A DNA stretch of 63,875 nt, filler included, from Octopus bimaculoides (taxonomy: Eukaryota): assembly GCF_001194135.2 (NCBI RefSeq). It is 6 parts of 3 records of this genome, joined end to end, with 100 filler letters (N's around TTAATTAATTAA, not from the genome) between each part and the next. Parts side by side here need not be neighbours in the genome. Positions count along the whole stretch, not along the records: positions 49,547 to 54,982 come from NC_068981.1; positions 55,083 to 59,914 come from NC_068981.1; positions 60,015 to 63,875 come from NC_068991.1; 3 more parts are not named here. The stretch is one strand, 5' to 3'. A program made the position numbers and the translations under genes. This document shows, in pieces, positions 51,651 to 63,875 of this stretch. The notes below the pieces were generated by a model. The model made no database searches and was not told the origin of the DNA. It worked only from the letters and a program-made list of their open reading frames with translations. Position 1 is the stretch's first letter. Each line of letters begins with the position of its first letter.

Positions 51651-52401
51651 AACTACTGTTATTATTATTATTACTGGGTAAGGTGGCGAGCTGGAAAAAT
51701 CGTGGAAAATTCTTAGTAGCATTTCGTCCATCTTAACGTTCCGAGTTCGAATTCCCTTGTGGTTGAGTTTACCGTTTAAACTGACTTATTCCTTCCCCAA
51801 GAATGCCCTGGCCTTGTGCCAAAATTTGAAACCAATATTATTATTAATGGGAATTGGGAGGTTGGCAGATGTGCAAAATTGCATTTAGTTTCCTCACTGT
51901 ATCCTCTTGTTTCAAATCTTACCAGCGTAGGATTCATCTTCAAACAGCCTGTTGGCAAATTCATTGATACGCTGGACAAAATGAATAGCGGCAATTCTTC
52001 TGGTTCTTTACATTCTGAGATCGAATGATGCACTTTGACTTTGCCTTTAACTCTTGAATCTCAATAAAATATGCATCAGTTGAAACTTGAGGCCGATCTA
52101 ACTGACTTGCAAATATTCCAAGCCTTCCCGCAAAAGTTCCAAGCATTGTGTCTATAGCATAAAGGATTAGACGTTGTATTTTTGGAAAAATCGGCCGTGC
52201 GCAGCATATAGTGTTTTGCAATATTTCCGCACGTCCCTTTTCGTACTGTCTTCAAATGCAATTGTTGACGCTTTTTACCTTTTATAGCAGAGGATCGATA
52301 GTATTACCGCCTTTCAAATACTGAAGTCGATATAAAATATTGCCATTGTATAATGTAAAATTAATTATTATTAATATTCAATTGCATTCTCTGTCATTCT
52401 C

Positions 52402-52460
<59 letters not shown>

Positions 52461-54092
52461 NNNNNNNNNNNNNNNNNNNNNNNNNNNNNNNNNNNNNNNN
52501 NNNNNNNNNNNNNNNNNNNNNNNNNNNNNNNNNNNNNNNNNNNNNNNNNNNNNNNNNNNNNNNNNNNNNNNNNNNNNNNNNNNNNNNNNNNNNNNNNNNN
52601 NNNNNNNNNNNNNNNNNNNNNNNNNNNNNNNNNNNNNNNNNNNNNNNNNNNNNNNNNNNNNNNNNNNNNNNNNNNNNNNNNNNNNNNNNNNNNNNNNNNN
52701 NNNNNNNNNNNNNNNNNNNNNNNNNNNNNNNNNNNNNNNNNNNNNNNNNNNNNNNNNNNNNNNNNNNNNNNNNNNNNNNNNNNNNNNNNNNNNNNNNNNN
52801 NNNNNNNNNNNNNNNNNNNNNNNNNNNNNNNNNNNNNNNNNNNNNNNNNNNNNNNNNNNNNNNNNNNNNNNNNNNNNNNNNNNNNNNNNNNNNNNNNNNN
52901 NNNNNNNNNNNNNNNNNNNNNNNNNNNNNNNNNNNNNNNNNNNNNNNNNNNNNNNNNNNNNNNNNNNNNNNNNNNNNNNNNNNNNNNNNNNNNNNNNNNN
53001 NNNNNNNNNNNNNNNNNNNNNNNNNNNNNNGTGTACTTAACACTTTTAATGTTCTTTGGGATGTTTACTTTGCGAAATTATGGAACGTGCTTTTTGGGCC
53101 AAAGAGATTTCGGTTTATAATACTTAGAAAATAAAAAAAAGAAGAAAGGAAAAGAGAAAAACACAGTCAGTGGGCACTGTTTGTTTGAATGGTTTGATCA
53201 TAATTCTGCTCGATCAGGTCTTGTCTAGGTATCAACACCATCATTGTCATCAGCATAACAACAGCAAACTGAAAGAATGGAATCGTTACCCTACTTATAG
53301 GGGGCTGGTTTGTGACTCTTTACAATGAATTTGCATTCATATTGTCTTTAATATATTTTTCTACGTCTTAATATCTATCTATCTATCTATCCGCACTGCA
53401 AGTATGTTTATTTCAATGACAAGAAAATATACCATCTCAGTTCTTTTTCCGACATTCCGACGGAAACTTGTCAAAAAAATCATAGGACACATATATTACA
53501 CATTATATTAATTTTCGAATTATAAATAACGGATTACAGATTTTTTCATTCAATATGATTAGTAAACTTTCCATTGTACTTGATTAGAATATTTTACTAA
53601 AGCTGAACCATTAAAAGAATAAAAAAATTAAAAGAAAGAAACAGCCTGAAAGAATTCTTGCTTCCATAACAAGTATTTTCTGTTTAAGTGGTCATAAAAA
53701 TGTCCATGCAAATTTATGCCCCCAAAATAAACATAAGAACGTCAAAGATATTTTACAAAATTAATTTTAATGAGTCAAACAGTTAACTACTGAATACATC
53801 TGCAAAGGTATTATCTATATAAAAATATACATATGTTTACAAGTATGTGTGTAGGTTTGTGTATGCGCGTGTGTGTGTATGTGAATGCATGTGTGTTTGT
53901 GCGCGCGTGTTGATGGGATAGATAAGAAGTGTTATACACAGGATTTGCATTCTCAAACGTATATGAAACTCGGATAAGAATATTTTAAACTAAATAATTA
54001 GTAATGGTAAAACAATGATTATGTATTAATGGATGCATGCACTGACATGTTTGTCTACTCTCGTGCTCTCGATCTCTCGCTCTCTCGCTCTC

Positions 54093-54162
<70 letters not shown>

Positions 54163-54924
54163 AAAACAAATCTATCGGTTAATATCGCCGTGAAGGAAAA
54201 TGAAGGCAAATAAATGTACGTATGCGGTCGCGTTGGTGTACTCGCGATCATATACACACACATACAACAGTGTAGATGCATGTATGGACATATGCATGTA
54301 TATATATAGTGTTCGTGTATGTGTGTGTGTGTATGTGCGCGCGCGTGCGCGTGTATGTAAAGGTGAAGGCAAACAAAATAACCCCAGATTCATCATTCGA
54401 CAAAAAATGTACGGTGCTGCTCGAACACGAACCATGGTGATAACCCCCGGAAAAAAATAAAAGAGAAAACACCGGCTAAAACTTCAGCTATATTAACATA
54501 TATAATGTCACCTTTACTGCATACATTTTTTTGCTAGATTCACATTAATGTCTGGGCCGAATATACTGGTTTATTATACTCCAGGTACCTATATGTGTAT
54601 GTATATGCTTACGTATACAGCAACCAATTTCTCTATCTACATATCATTAAATACACTTGGGCACAGAAGCACATACAAAGTGGAGGTTATTGTACAACGG
54701 AATATTCATGTATGTGTACAAATGAAGTATTATTATGTGCATATTATATACTTGTGTCAAAATGTAACTGTTTCTCAGTGGAGGTAAATGGGGTATGAAA
54801 TGTTTCTTTCAATACACTGAAAATTCTGCTACTCTGCTATCATGAACACCACTTTCTCCACTTCCAGGCATCTTCCTCCCCCTTTCTCTCTCCATATCTA
54901 TCTATCTATCTAGCTAGCTAGCTA

Positions 54925-54982
<58 letters not shown>

Positions 54983-55134
54983 NNNNNNNNNNNNNNNNNN
55001 NNNNNNNNNNNNNNNNNNNNNNNNNNTTAATTAATTAANNNNNNNNNNNNNNNNNNNNNNNNNNNNNNNNNNNNNNNNNNNNAGAGAGATAAAATTGACT
55101 TGGTAAAGGATGCGTGGCGTTCGATCATATAATA

Positions 55135-55621
55135 ATATAAATAATATATAAATATATACATATATATACACACATATATGTACATACCTACATATATATG
55201 TATATATACATGCATATATGGGTACAGGACATAAAAAAAACGTAGGCAAAATGAGAAGTGAGAACATAAAAATATAGAAAACGAATATTTTTCGAACAAC
55301 GAAAGAAACAAACAGAGAAACGAGACAGGCAACATAAAAAAAAAAACATTCATGAGTTGTCTCCGAAACGCGAAGTAGATAAAACAGGGGACAACTGATG
55401 AAGGGAATGTTTTTTATGTTGCTGTCTCGTTTCTCTGTTTGTTTGTTTCTTTCGTTGTTCGGAAAAAAGTTCGTTTTCTATGTTTTTGTTTCTTATGTTC
55501 TCGTCTCTCATTTTGCCTACGTCTTTTTGATGTCCTGTACCCATATATGAATATATATATACATATATATGTAGGTATGTACATATATGAATGTACATAT
55601 GCATATATATTATTTATATAT
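55135..55621. repeat. Long inverted repeat (arms ~230 bp, ~22-nt spacer)
   Basis: 55135-55364 and 55387-55621 are near reverse complements, for example catatatgggtacaggaca / tgtcctgtacccatatatg. The spacer is gaaacgcgaagtagataaaaca. Confidence 0.92.
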
Positions 55622-55669
55622 ATATATATATAGGGAGAGAGAGAGATGTATACGTCTATGTATATATTC

Positions 55670-55870
55670 TTTTTTTCTTTTTTTGTTTCAGTAGTTTGAC
55701 TGCGGCCATGCTGGAGTACCGCCTTTAGTCGAGCAAATCGACCCCAGGACTTATTCTTTGTAAGCCTGGTACTAATTCTATCGGTCTATTTTGCCGATCC
55801 GCTAAGTTACTGGGACGTAAACGCACCAGCATCGTTTGTCAAGCGATGTTGGGGGGACAGACATTGGCAC

Positions 55871-55917
<47 letters not shown>

Positions 55918-56082
55918 TTACGACGGGGTTCTTTCACTTTCCGTCAACCAAATCCACTTACAAGGCTTTGGTAGGCCCGAGGCTATAGTAGAAGACATTT
56001 GCCCAAGGTTCCAAGCAGTGGGACTGAACTCGGAACCATGTGCTTTGTAAGCAAACTACTTACTACACAGCCACTCCTGCGC
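55670..56082 (-). mobile_element. Full-length family A SINE with internal (CA)n
   Basis: Reverse complement of 13476-14479, including head and tail. Confidence 0.92.
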
Positions 56083-56244
56083 GTATGTACATTTAGAGAT
56101 GTGTGGATGTCTGTATACATATGTGTGTGTGAGTGTGTGTTTGTCTAAAATTGAATACTCTATTCACCGTCGTATTTCGCCCTATAAGAGTAACTTTTTC
56201 TTTCAGAAGAAGCAAGTAACATGTTTACCTTCAAATTTGCCAGA

Positions 56245-56615
56245 ACCAGTTAAAAATGGCTATGCGGTAAGAAGATTGATTCCCAACCACATAGTTCCAG
56301 TGTCATTTCCACTGGGTCCACCTTGCGCAAGTGTCTTCTACTATAACCTGAGGCCAATCAAAGCCATTTACTGACTTGATTTATTAGGTGGAAACTGAAG
56401 GAAGCCCGTCGTATACATATTTATTTATATATTTGCATGTATATGTCTGTTCATCCAATACTACCACTTAACAACCGGTGCTCTTGTGTTTACGGCCCTG
56501 TATCTTAGCCACTCGGTGGAAGTAACCGACGGAATGAGTATGAAGCTTAATAAATGTTCTAAAATCGTCCTAGGCGGTGCTCTAGTATGGCCGCAGTCTA
56601 ATGACTGAAACAAGT
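56245..56615 (+). mobile_element. Diverged family A SINE
   Basis: Head, body and tail (...ggccgcagtctaatgactgaaacaagtaa) are all recognisable. Confidence 0.85.
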
Positions 56616-56733
56616 AATACGTACCTGCATACATTTATACATACATACGTATACATATATATATATGTTTGTTTTTTGCATATTCCAACTATATATCTAT
56701 ATCTATCTATCTATCTATATGTATATATATATC

Positions 56734-56776
<43 letters not shown>

Positions 56777-57607
56777 NNNNNNNNNNNNNNNNNNNNNNNN
56801 NNNNNNNNNNNNNNNNNNNNNNNNNNNNNNNNNNNNNNNNNNNNNNNNNNNNNNNNNNNNNNNNNNNNNNNNNNNNNNNNNNNNNNNNNNNNNNNNNNNN
56901 NNNNNNNNNNNNNNNNNNNNNNNNNNNNNNNNNNNNNNNNNNNNNNNNNNNNNNNNNNNNNNNNNNNNNNNNNNNNNNNNNNNNNNNNNNNNNNNNNNNN
57001 NNNNNNNNNNNNNNNNNNNNNNNNNNNNNNNNNNNNNNNNNNNNNNNNNNNNNNNNNNNNNNNNNNNNNNNNNNNNNNNNNNNNNNNNNNNNNNNNNNNN
57101 NNNNNNNNNNNNNNNNNNNNNNNNNNNNNNNNNNNNNNNNNNNNNNNNNNNNNNNNNNNNNNNNNNNNNNNNNNNNNNNNNNNNNNNNNNNNNNNNNNNN
57201 NNNNNNNNNNNNNNNNNNNNNNNNNNNNNNNNNNNNNNNNNNNNNNNNNNNNNNNNNNNNNNNNNNNNNNNNNNNNNNNNNNNNNNNNNNNNNNNNNNNN
57301 NNNNNNNNNNNNNNNNNNNNNNNNNNNNNNNNNNNNNNNNNNNNNNNNNNNNNNNNNNNNNNNNNNNNNNNNNNNNNNNNNNNNNNNNNNNNNNNNNNNN
57401 NNNNNNNNNNNNNNNNNNNNNNNNNNNNNNNNNNNNNNNNNNNNNNNNNNNNNNNNNNNNNNNNNNNNNNNNNNNNNNNNNNNNNNNNNNNNNNNNNNNN
57501 NNNNNNNNNNNNNNNNNNNNNNNNNNNNNNNNNNNNNNNNNNNNNNNNNNNNNNNNNNNNNNNNNNNNNNNNNNNNNNNNNNNNNNNNNNNNNNNNTATA
57601 TATGTAT

Positions 57608-57655
<48 letters not shown>

Positions 57656-57680
57656 GTATATATATATATATATGTATATA

Positions 57681-57729
<49 letters not shown>

Positions 57730-58155
57730 GTATATATATATAATGTGTGTGTGCATATAGTTACACATCTGCTACATATATCTTTCTATATGTGCTTTGT
57801 GCATATACACTTATCACGTTTGATATAATTAAAACTACCATATAAAGGTAAACGCAAAAAGAAAAAAAAAGCAAATACAAGGACATATAGAATATTATGT
57901 ACTTTTACTTATATATGTTGGAAGCTAATGATAATCTTTTCTCTGAAATAACATATAAAGATTTACTGGTTTAAAGACTTCATCTGAAAAATTTGCCCGT
58001 TCTCTGTGTTATTTTCCTTTCAGATTTAATTAGAATGTTTAATTACGATTCTTATCTGTATCAAATTTATCGCTATTGCAGCAGTCGTGTTCCACATTTT
58101 CTTTCACTGAGAGCAGATTTTCATTATCGCCATATCTCCAACCATATCCCATGTG

Positions 58156-58190
<35 letters not shown>

Positions 58191-59138
58191 NNNNNNNNNN
58201 NNNNNNNNNNNNNNNNNNNNNNNNNNNNNNNNNNNNNNNNNNNNNNNNNNNNNNNNNNNNNNNNNNNNNNNNNNNNNNNNNNNNNNNNNNNNNNNNNNNN
58301 NNNNNNNNNNNNNNNNNNNNNNNNNNNNNNNNNNNNNNNNNNNNNNNNNNNNNNNNNNNNNNNNNNNNNNNNNNNNNNNNNNNNNNNNNNNNNNNNNNNN
58401 NNNNNNNNNNNNNNNNNNNNNNNNNNNNNNNNNNNNNNNNNNNNNNNNNNNNNNNNNNNNNNNNNNNNNNNNNNNNNNNNNNNNNNNNNNNNNNNNNNNN
58501 NNNNNNNNNNNNNNNNNNNNNNNNNNNNNNNNNNNNNNNNNNNNNNNNNNNNNNNNNNNNNNNNNNNNNNNNNNNNNNNNNNNNNNNNNNNNNNNNNNNN
58601 NNNNNNNNNNNNNNNNNNNNNNNNNNNNNNNNNNNNNNNNNNNNNNNNNNNNNNNNNNNNNNNNNNNNNNNNNNNNNNNNNNNNNNNNNNNNNNNNNNNN
58701 NNNNNNNNNNNNNNNNNNNNNNNNNNNNNNNNNNNNNNNNNNNNNNNNNNNNNNNNNNNNNNNNNNNNNNNNNNNNNNNNNNNNNNNNNNNNNNNNNNNN
58801 NNNNNNNNNNNNNNNNNNNNNNNNNNNNNNNNNNNNNNNNNNNNNNNNNNNNNNNNNNNNNNNNNNNNNNNNNNNNNNNNNNNNNNNNNNNNNNNNNNNN
58901 NNNNNNNNNNNNNNNNNNNNNNNNNNNNNNNNNNNNNNNNNNNNNNNNNNNNNNNNNNNCGTATCCAATTAACTAAAGGCTTGGTTTGTTTACGCTTTTC
59001 CCTCCGGTTTTTTGTTCTATGTGTGCCATAAATATCGCCATCCACTTTAGAGAAAAATTTGTAGTTTGGAATCAGTAGTTCTTTGACTGCTATTTCTAAA
59101 TTTTCAGTATGTTGGAGAAGCAACTCAATTGCTAATCC

Positions 59139-59183
<45 letters not shown>

Positions 59184-59544
59184 AACGAAGGCAGCAATAT
59201 GCAATATAAAACTAAAAAGGAAAAAAATTCAGTTGTCAATACTTCTGGGTGAGGGTGCCGGCTAGTACATATATTGCTAGAAATAAATAAGAGTTAAAAC
59301 ACTTAGAGACGCATGAAAGCATATTTTACATATATTGATTTTTGGTTTTATACTGCGTATAGCTGTATTCATTATTTTATAATTTTCACATCAGCATTTT
59401 GATAAATCAGCCATAGATTTATATTGCAAATATATATACACTGCAGTCCAGATTTAGCTAAACCATTCAGCGATGGAGTAGTAACTATTGTCGCGCTTGT
59501 AATTTTCTAGTATAGGGCGGTTATGTCCCCTGTCAGTATATGAA

Positions 59545-59791
59545 AATGTGCTTTCCTGTAGCTCTAAGCGTTTTAACTCTTATTTGTGATTGGGCAGCTA
59601 CTTCTTGCATCGTTCACAGAGCCCTTGGTCATCAGCTTGTCATGACAACTTTTTATTGTCTCCAAACGTAGTGTTGCATGCGTACCTTTTTCCATGCACG
59701 CCGCCATCTCTGAACCAAAACAATGGAATTCCGCACTTCATAGCATGCTGCTATCCTTTATTCGCTCCTGAACAGTCAAGCGACAGGCCAT
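59545..59791 (-). mobile_element. N-terminal HTH (DUF4817-like) fragment of a Tc1/mariner-superfamily transposase
   Basis: Across frameshifts: MACRLTVQERIK / IAACYEVRNSIVLVQRW / TLRLETIKSCHDKLMTKGSVNDARSSCP. This parallels the ...TIxxxxxKxxxTGSVxDxxRSGRP N-terminal HTH. Confidence 0.7.
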
Positions 59792-60511
59792 CTAGAAAAT
59801 AAGAAATAAGAATTAAGACAATAAGAAAATAAAAAAATCCCCATTAGTGTTGTCCGTTTAAAAAAGTTTTCGTCATGGCTTCAGTGATATTAAAAATTCA
59901 ATAAGCAGTATATANNNNNNNNNNNNNNNNNNNNNNNNNNNNNNNNNNNNNNNNNNNNTTAATTAATTAANNNNNNNNNNNNNNNNNNNNNNNNNNNNNN
60001 NNNNNNNNNNNNNNCTCCATGCGCTAAGATAGACGACAAATGGCGGTAAAATCACCTTAAAAACTGCGTTTTTAGAGTTTTTAAGGTGGTTTTAACGTCA
60101 TTTGGCGTCTATTTCAGTGCATCGAGATGCGTATTGCCAATCCCTTGTTATAGTTATGTGTATAATTATTAATGTAATATTTGGAAAATTTACCTATAGG
60201 GTTTTTATTTCCTTGCCGACCTCCTGATAAAATCATATATGTATATGTGTGTGTGTCTGTGTGTGTGTCCTTGTGCATATATGTGCATATTAAAACAAAG
60301 CTGAACAGTGAAAACTATTTCACTCCACTGGCAAAAAAAAACCCCCCAAAAGAACAAACAAAAGAAAAAACAAAGAAATGTTAATCACAAGTACAACTTG
60401 TACAAAATTGTACTTTCTGAAGTTGTAACATAAATGTTTGTAAACGTTGAATGATAAAACCGAAAGGAACGTCCAAAATCCAAGAACTGACAAATTAATA
60501 TACTCAATTCA

Positions 60512-60920
60512 AAGGCGGCGAGCTGGCAGAAACGTTAGCACGCCATGTGAAACGCTTAGCGGTGTTTCGTCTGCCGCTACGATCTGAGTTCAAATTCCAC
60601 CGAGGTCGACTTTGCCTTTTATCCTTTCGAGGTGGATAAATTAAGTACCAGTTGCGCACTGGGTCGATGTAATCGACTTAATCCCTTTGTCTGTCCTTGT
60701 TTGTCCCCTCTATGTTTAGCCCCTTGTGGGCAATAAAGAAATAAGAAACGTTAGCACGCCGGACGAAATGTTCTTCGGTATTTCGTTTGTCTTTACATTC
60801 TGAGTTCAAATTCTGCCGTGGTCGACTTTGCCTTTCATCCTTTCAGGGTCGATAAATTATATACCAGTTTCGTACTGGGGTCGATCTAATTGACTGGCTC
60901 TCTCCCCCATACTTTCAGTC
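60512..60920 (+). mobile_element. Dimeric family D SINE (two tandem heads)
   Basis: gaaacgttagcacgcc...gagttcaaatt...gtcgactttgcc...gataaatta...ggggtcgat occurs twice, joined by a linker. Confidence 0.85.
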
Positions 60921-61959
60921 CTTGTGCCTTGAGTAGAAAAGAATGTGCCTTGTTCTGCATAATATTTCTTGTAAATTCTCCAAACTTGTACAAACATTAT
61001 CCATCTGGATATATTTTGATAACATAAATTATCATATATGTGCGGTTGTTAAGCGGTGGGGAAATAAACGCAGATACAAGGGACACTTACATACTCACAC
61101 CACACATACACAAACACACACACTCATGCACACACTTTCACACACTCTCACACACGCACACACACATCTATTTATATCTGCCTTCTTTCAGCTTCCGTGT
61201 ACCAAATCCACTCGCATGACTTTGGTCGGTCCCAAACTATAATAGAAGACGTTTGCCCGAAGTGTCTGGACCCAAAACCATGTGGTCAACTGGTACTTAT
61301 TTCATCGCCCCCAAAAGGATGAAAGGTAAAGTCGACCTCGCCAGCATGTGAGCTCACAACTTAAAGCGCAGAAGAAAACGTCGCTCACCGCCTTGTCTGA
61401 TGCACCAAACGGTTTCTTATTTTGGCCCGAAACTAGCAATTTTGATGGGGTGGAATTCTGACTTGTACTTCTTTGAATTGACGGTAGATTTCGCATAAAT
61501 CCAGAAACGTGTAGGAAATGAGATATACTCGATGGTAACTTTCTGATGGAGATATCACGTTTGAAGCAAGAAATCAAACTCGTTTGGATTTGAAATCAGT
61601 ACATCGTGTCTGGCACAGTGGCATAATAAGTTCTTCACTGTTGTAAATTGTTTACTAATAACGGTTTATGATGCTACGTATTGTATCGCAATAACACTGA
61701 TTATTTAGAAAGTAAATATTCTCACCGCAAAATGGGACAAGATATACCTGCTTTCTTTCTGTGCGACAGTAAATGGTTTATATATTAATCATAGCAGCAA
61801 ATGCGCTATAAAGTCAGTTATACAGTTAGAGCATTTCATAGGCTGCACAACAATAATTACACAACAACGTGTGCATTATATAGACTTGCATATCAGACGC
61901 TACATTTCAAAAGTCGAACTACAAAAATTGCTCTACAGACCTGTGGTATGATATATATA

Positions 61960-62140
61960 TATATAGGAGGGAGAATGTACGAAAAAACAACAACAGACGA
62001 GGACAGGTGGTGTAAATAACAAAAGGATGTATTAGTATNNNNNNNNNNGCTCAGGAATACGGAAAGTCTTTGACGTTTCGAGCTACGCTCTTCAACAGAA
62101 AGAATACGGAGACAAGGAGAAAAACACGGCGAAAAAAAAA
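61960..62140 (-). mobile_element. Penelope-like 3' repeat carrying a minimal hammerhead-like motif
   Basis: The minus strand of 62067-62103 reads UCUUU-CUGUUGA-A-GAGC-GUA-GCUC-GAAA-CGUC-AAAGA. Penelope assignment is inferred from the minimal hammerhead architecture. Confidence 0.55.
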
Positions 62141-62204
62141 TGAATAGTGTTCAGTCAACGGTCAAATGCACTTAACCTTAAATTCACTCTACCGACAGCA
62201 TAAG

Positions 62205-62330
62205 GAAAACTGAACCACAGCAAGTGTACAGCAGCAGCAAAAATACATCGGCGAATGCACAGCAGCGAATGCGCAGCAGCGAATGCACAGCAGCTAATGC
62301 ACTGCAGCATGGACGGTAGCGATCGTACAG
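62205..62330. repeat. Short tandem repeat, ~14-bp unit gaatgcacagcagc (about 4 copies)
   Basis: Seen directly. A degenerate actgca-rich extension runs to ~62630. Confidence 0.75.
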
Positions 62331-62639
62331 CACCGACAGCTTCACAGGAAATACGCTGCAGAATTTGCACTGAAACACCTAAGCACAAGCTGCACTACTA
62401 CAATTCCATTTCATAAACTGCACATCAAAACATCCATTACCGCAAATGCATGACACTAGCTGCATAATAATGACTGAATGACAACTGCACTATAATAACT
62501 GCATACCGATGACACTTACTATCCCAATTTTGCTTCAGCAACTGCACCAAATCACCTAAAATGCAAAAATGCACTTCCATAACATCAAAAAACTCCATTA
62601 AGTGCAAATGCTTGACGTCAACTGCATAATAATTATTGC

Positions 62640-62850
62640 TTCTATAGGCACAAGGCATGGAACATTGGAGGATTGGGCTTGTCGATTACATCGCCCTCAC
62701 TGCTCAACTGGTAATTATTTTATTGACTTCGAAAGGATGAAAGATAAAGGTCGGCCTCGGCGAAACTTCAGCTCAGAACGTAAGGACGGACGAAATGCCG
62801 CTAAGAATTTTGCCCAGCGTGCGAACGATTCTCCCAGCACATTGCCTTAA
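62640..62850 (-). mobile_element. SINE family D copy
   Basis: Reverse complement of the family D consensus seen at 50013 and 60512. Confidence 0.85.
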
Positions 62851-63875
62851 TGATAATAATAATTAATTCTGGTTTTATTGGCCACAAGGCCTAACATAAA
62901 TTAAAAACATGTAAGGACAAAGNNNNNNNNNNNNNNNNNNNNNNNNNNNNNNNNNNNNNNNNNNNNNNNNNNNNNNNNNNNNNNNNNNNNNNNNNNNNNN
63001 NNNNNNNNNNNNNNNNNNNNNNNNNNNNNNNNNNNNNNNNNNNNNNNNNNNNNNNNNNNNNNNNNNNNNNNNNNNNNNNNNNNNNNNNNNNNNNNNNNNN
63101 NNNNNNNNNNNNNNNNNNNNNNNNNNNNNNNNNNNNNNNNNNNNNNNNNNNNNNNNNNNNNNNNNNNNNNNNNNNNNNNNNNNNNNNNNNNNNNNNNNNN
63201 NNNNNNNNNNNNNNNNNNNNNNNNNNNNNNNNNNNNNNNNNNNNNNNNNNNNNNNNNNNNNNNNNNNNNNNNNNNNNNNNNNNNNNNNNNNNNNNNNNNN
63301 GAGAGGGAGCTTTTCGATTAAATCAAGCCCAGTGCTCAACTGGTACTTACTTAATCGACTACCCTAGTGAATGAAAGGCAGAAGTCGACCTCAGCAGAAT
63401 TTGATCTCAGTAGGTAAAAATCCAGAAGAAATGCTGCTAATCTTTTTGCCAAAGGAACTGAAGATTCTGCTAGCTCGCTGCCTTAATGTTTCTTCCAAGC
63501 TTTGGCGCAAAGCCAGCAGTTTAAGGGGAGGGGCTTATATTGAGTAGACTGAGCCCAGTGTTCAAATGGTACTTTGCTTTATCTGTCCTAGCTGATGTTA
63601 GGCAAAATTGACAGTTTTTGGACAAAAGTCTGGCGAGTGGATTTGGTCGACGGAACTGAAACAAGCCCGACGTAAATAGATGTGTGTGCGTGTGTGCGAG
63701 TGTTTGTGTGTGTGTTTGTGTGTGTGCGTGTGTGTGTGTGTGTGTGTGAGTATTATGTGTCCTCTGTATCTGCGTGTATTTCCCTACCGCTTAACAACCG
63801 GAGCTGGTGTGCTTACGGCCATGCGGTCCGACATAAGGCGGTGAGCTGGCAGAAAAGTTATCACACCGGGCGAAA

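Noticed and set aside
51927-51975. Apparent minus-strand exon RINEFANRLFEDESYA with good AG/GTAAG boundaries
   Set aside because: The sequence caggctgtttgaagatgaatcctac resembles a mariner-type terminal repeat (CAGGGTGT...), so a transposon end is the simpler explanation. This is from recollection and is not confirmed.

Overview
AT-rich eukaryotic draft-assembly window with roughly 10 kb of N-gaps, most flanked by microsatellites. The repeat content (tRNA-headed SINEs with internal microsatellites, dense (TA)n/(TAGA)n/(TACA)n/(TAA)n tracts) suggests a cephalopod, probably Octopus; this is inference from repeat content. I recognise no intact host protein-coding gene, and nearly all ORFs in the track are microsatellite or N-gap translations. 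The window is mostly decayed transposable elements: RLE-type (R4/Dong-like) LINE 3' ends, CR1 and RTE LINE fragments, several Tc1/mariner/IS630-type transposase remnants, a piggyBac remnant, a Helitron helicase 3' fragment, Penelope-type repeats with hammerhead-like motifs, and many SINEs. The leads most worth checking are: (1) a ~25-30-bp minisatellite abutting the Helitron, whose unit stacks kB-like, STAT/GAS, ETS and near-HSE motifs; (2) a minimal hammerhead-like motif at 62067-62103 and a ~490-bp foldback with hammerhead core words near its axis; (3) RLE LINEs associated with two different microsatellites, (TAA)n and (TACA)n; (4) a speculative phase-compatible chain of small exons at 17510-29042. 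None of these establishes a new system from sequence alone.
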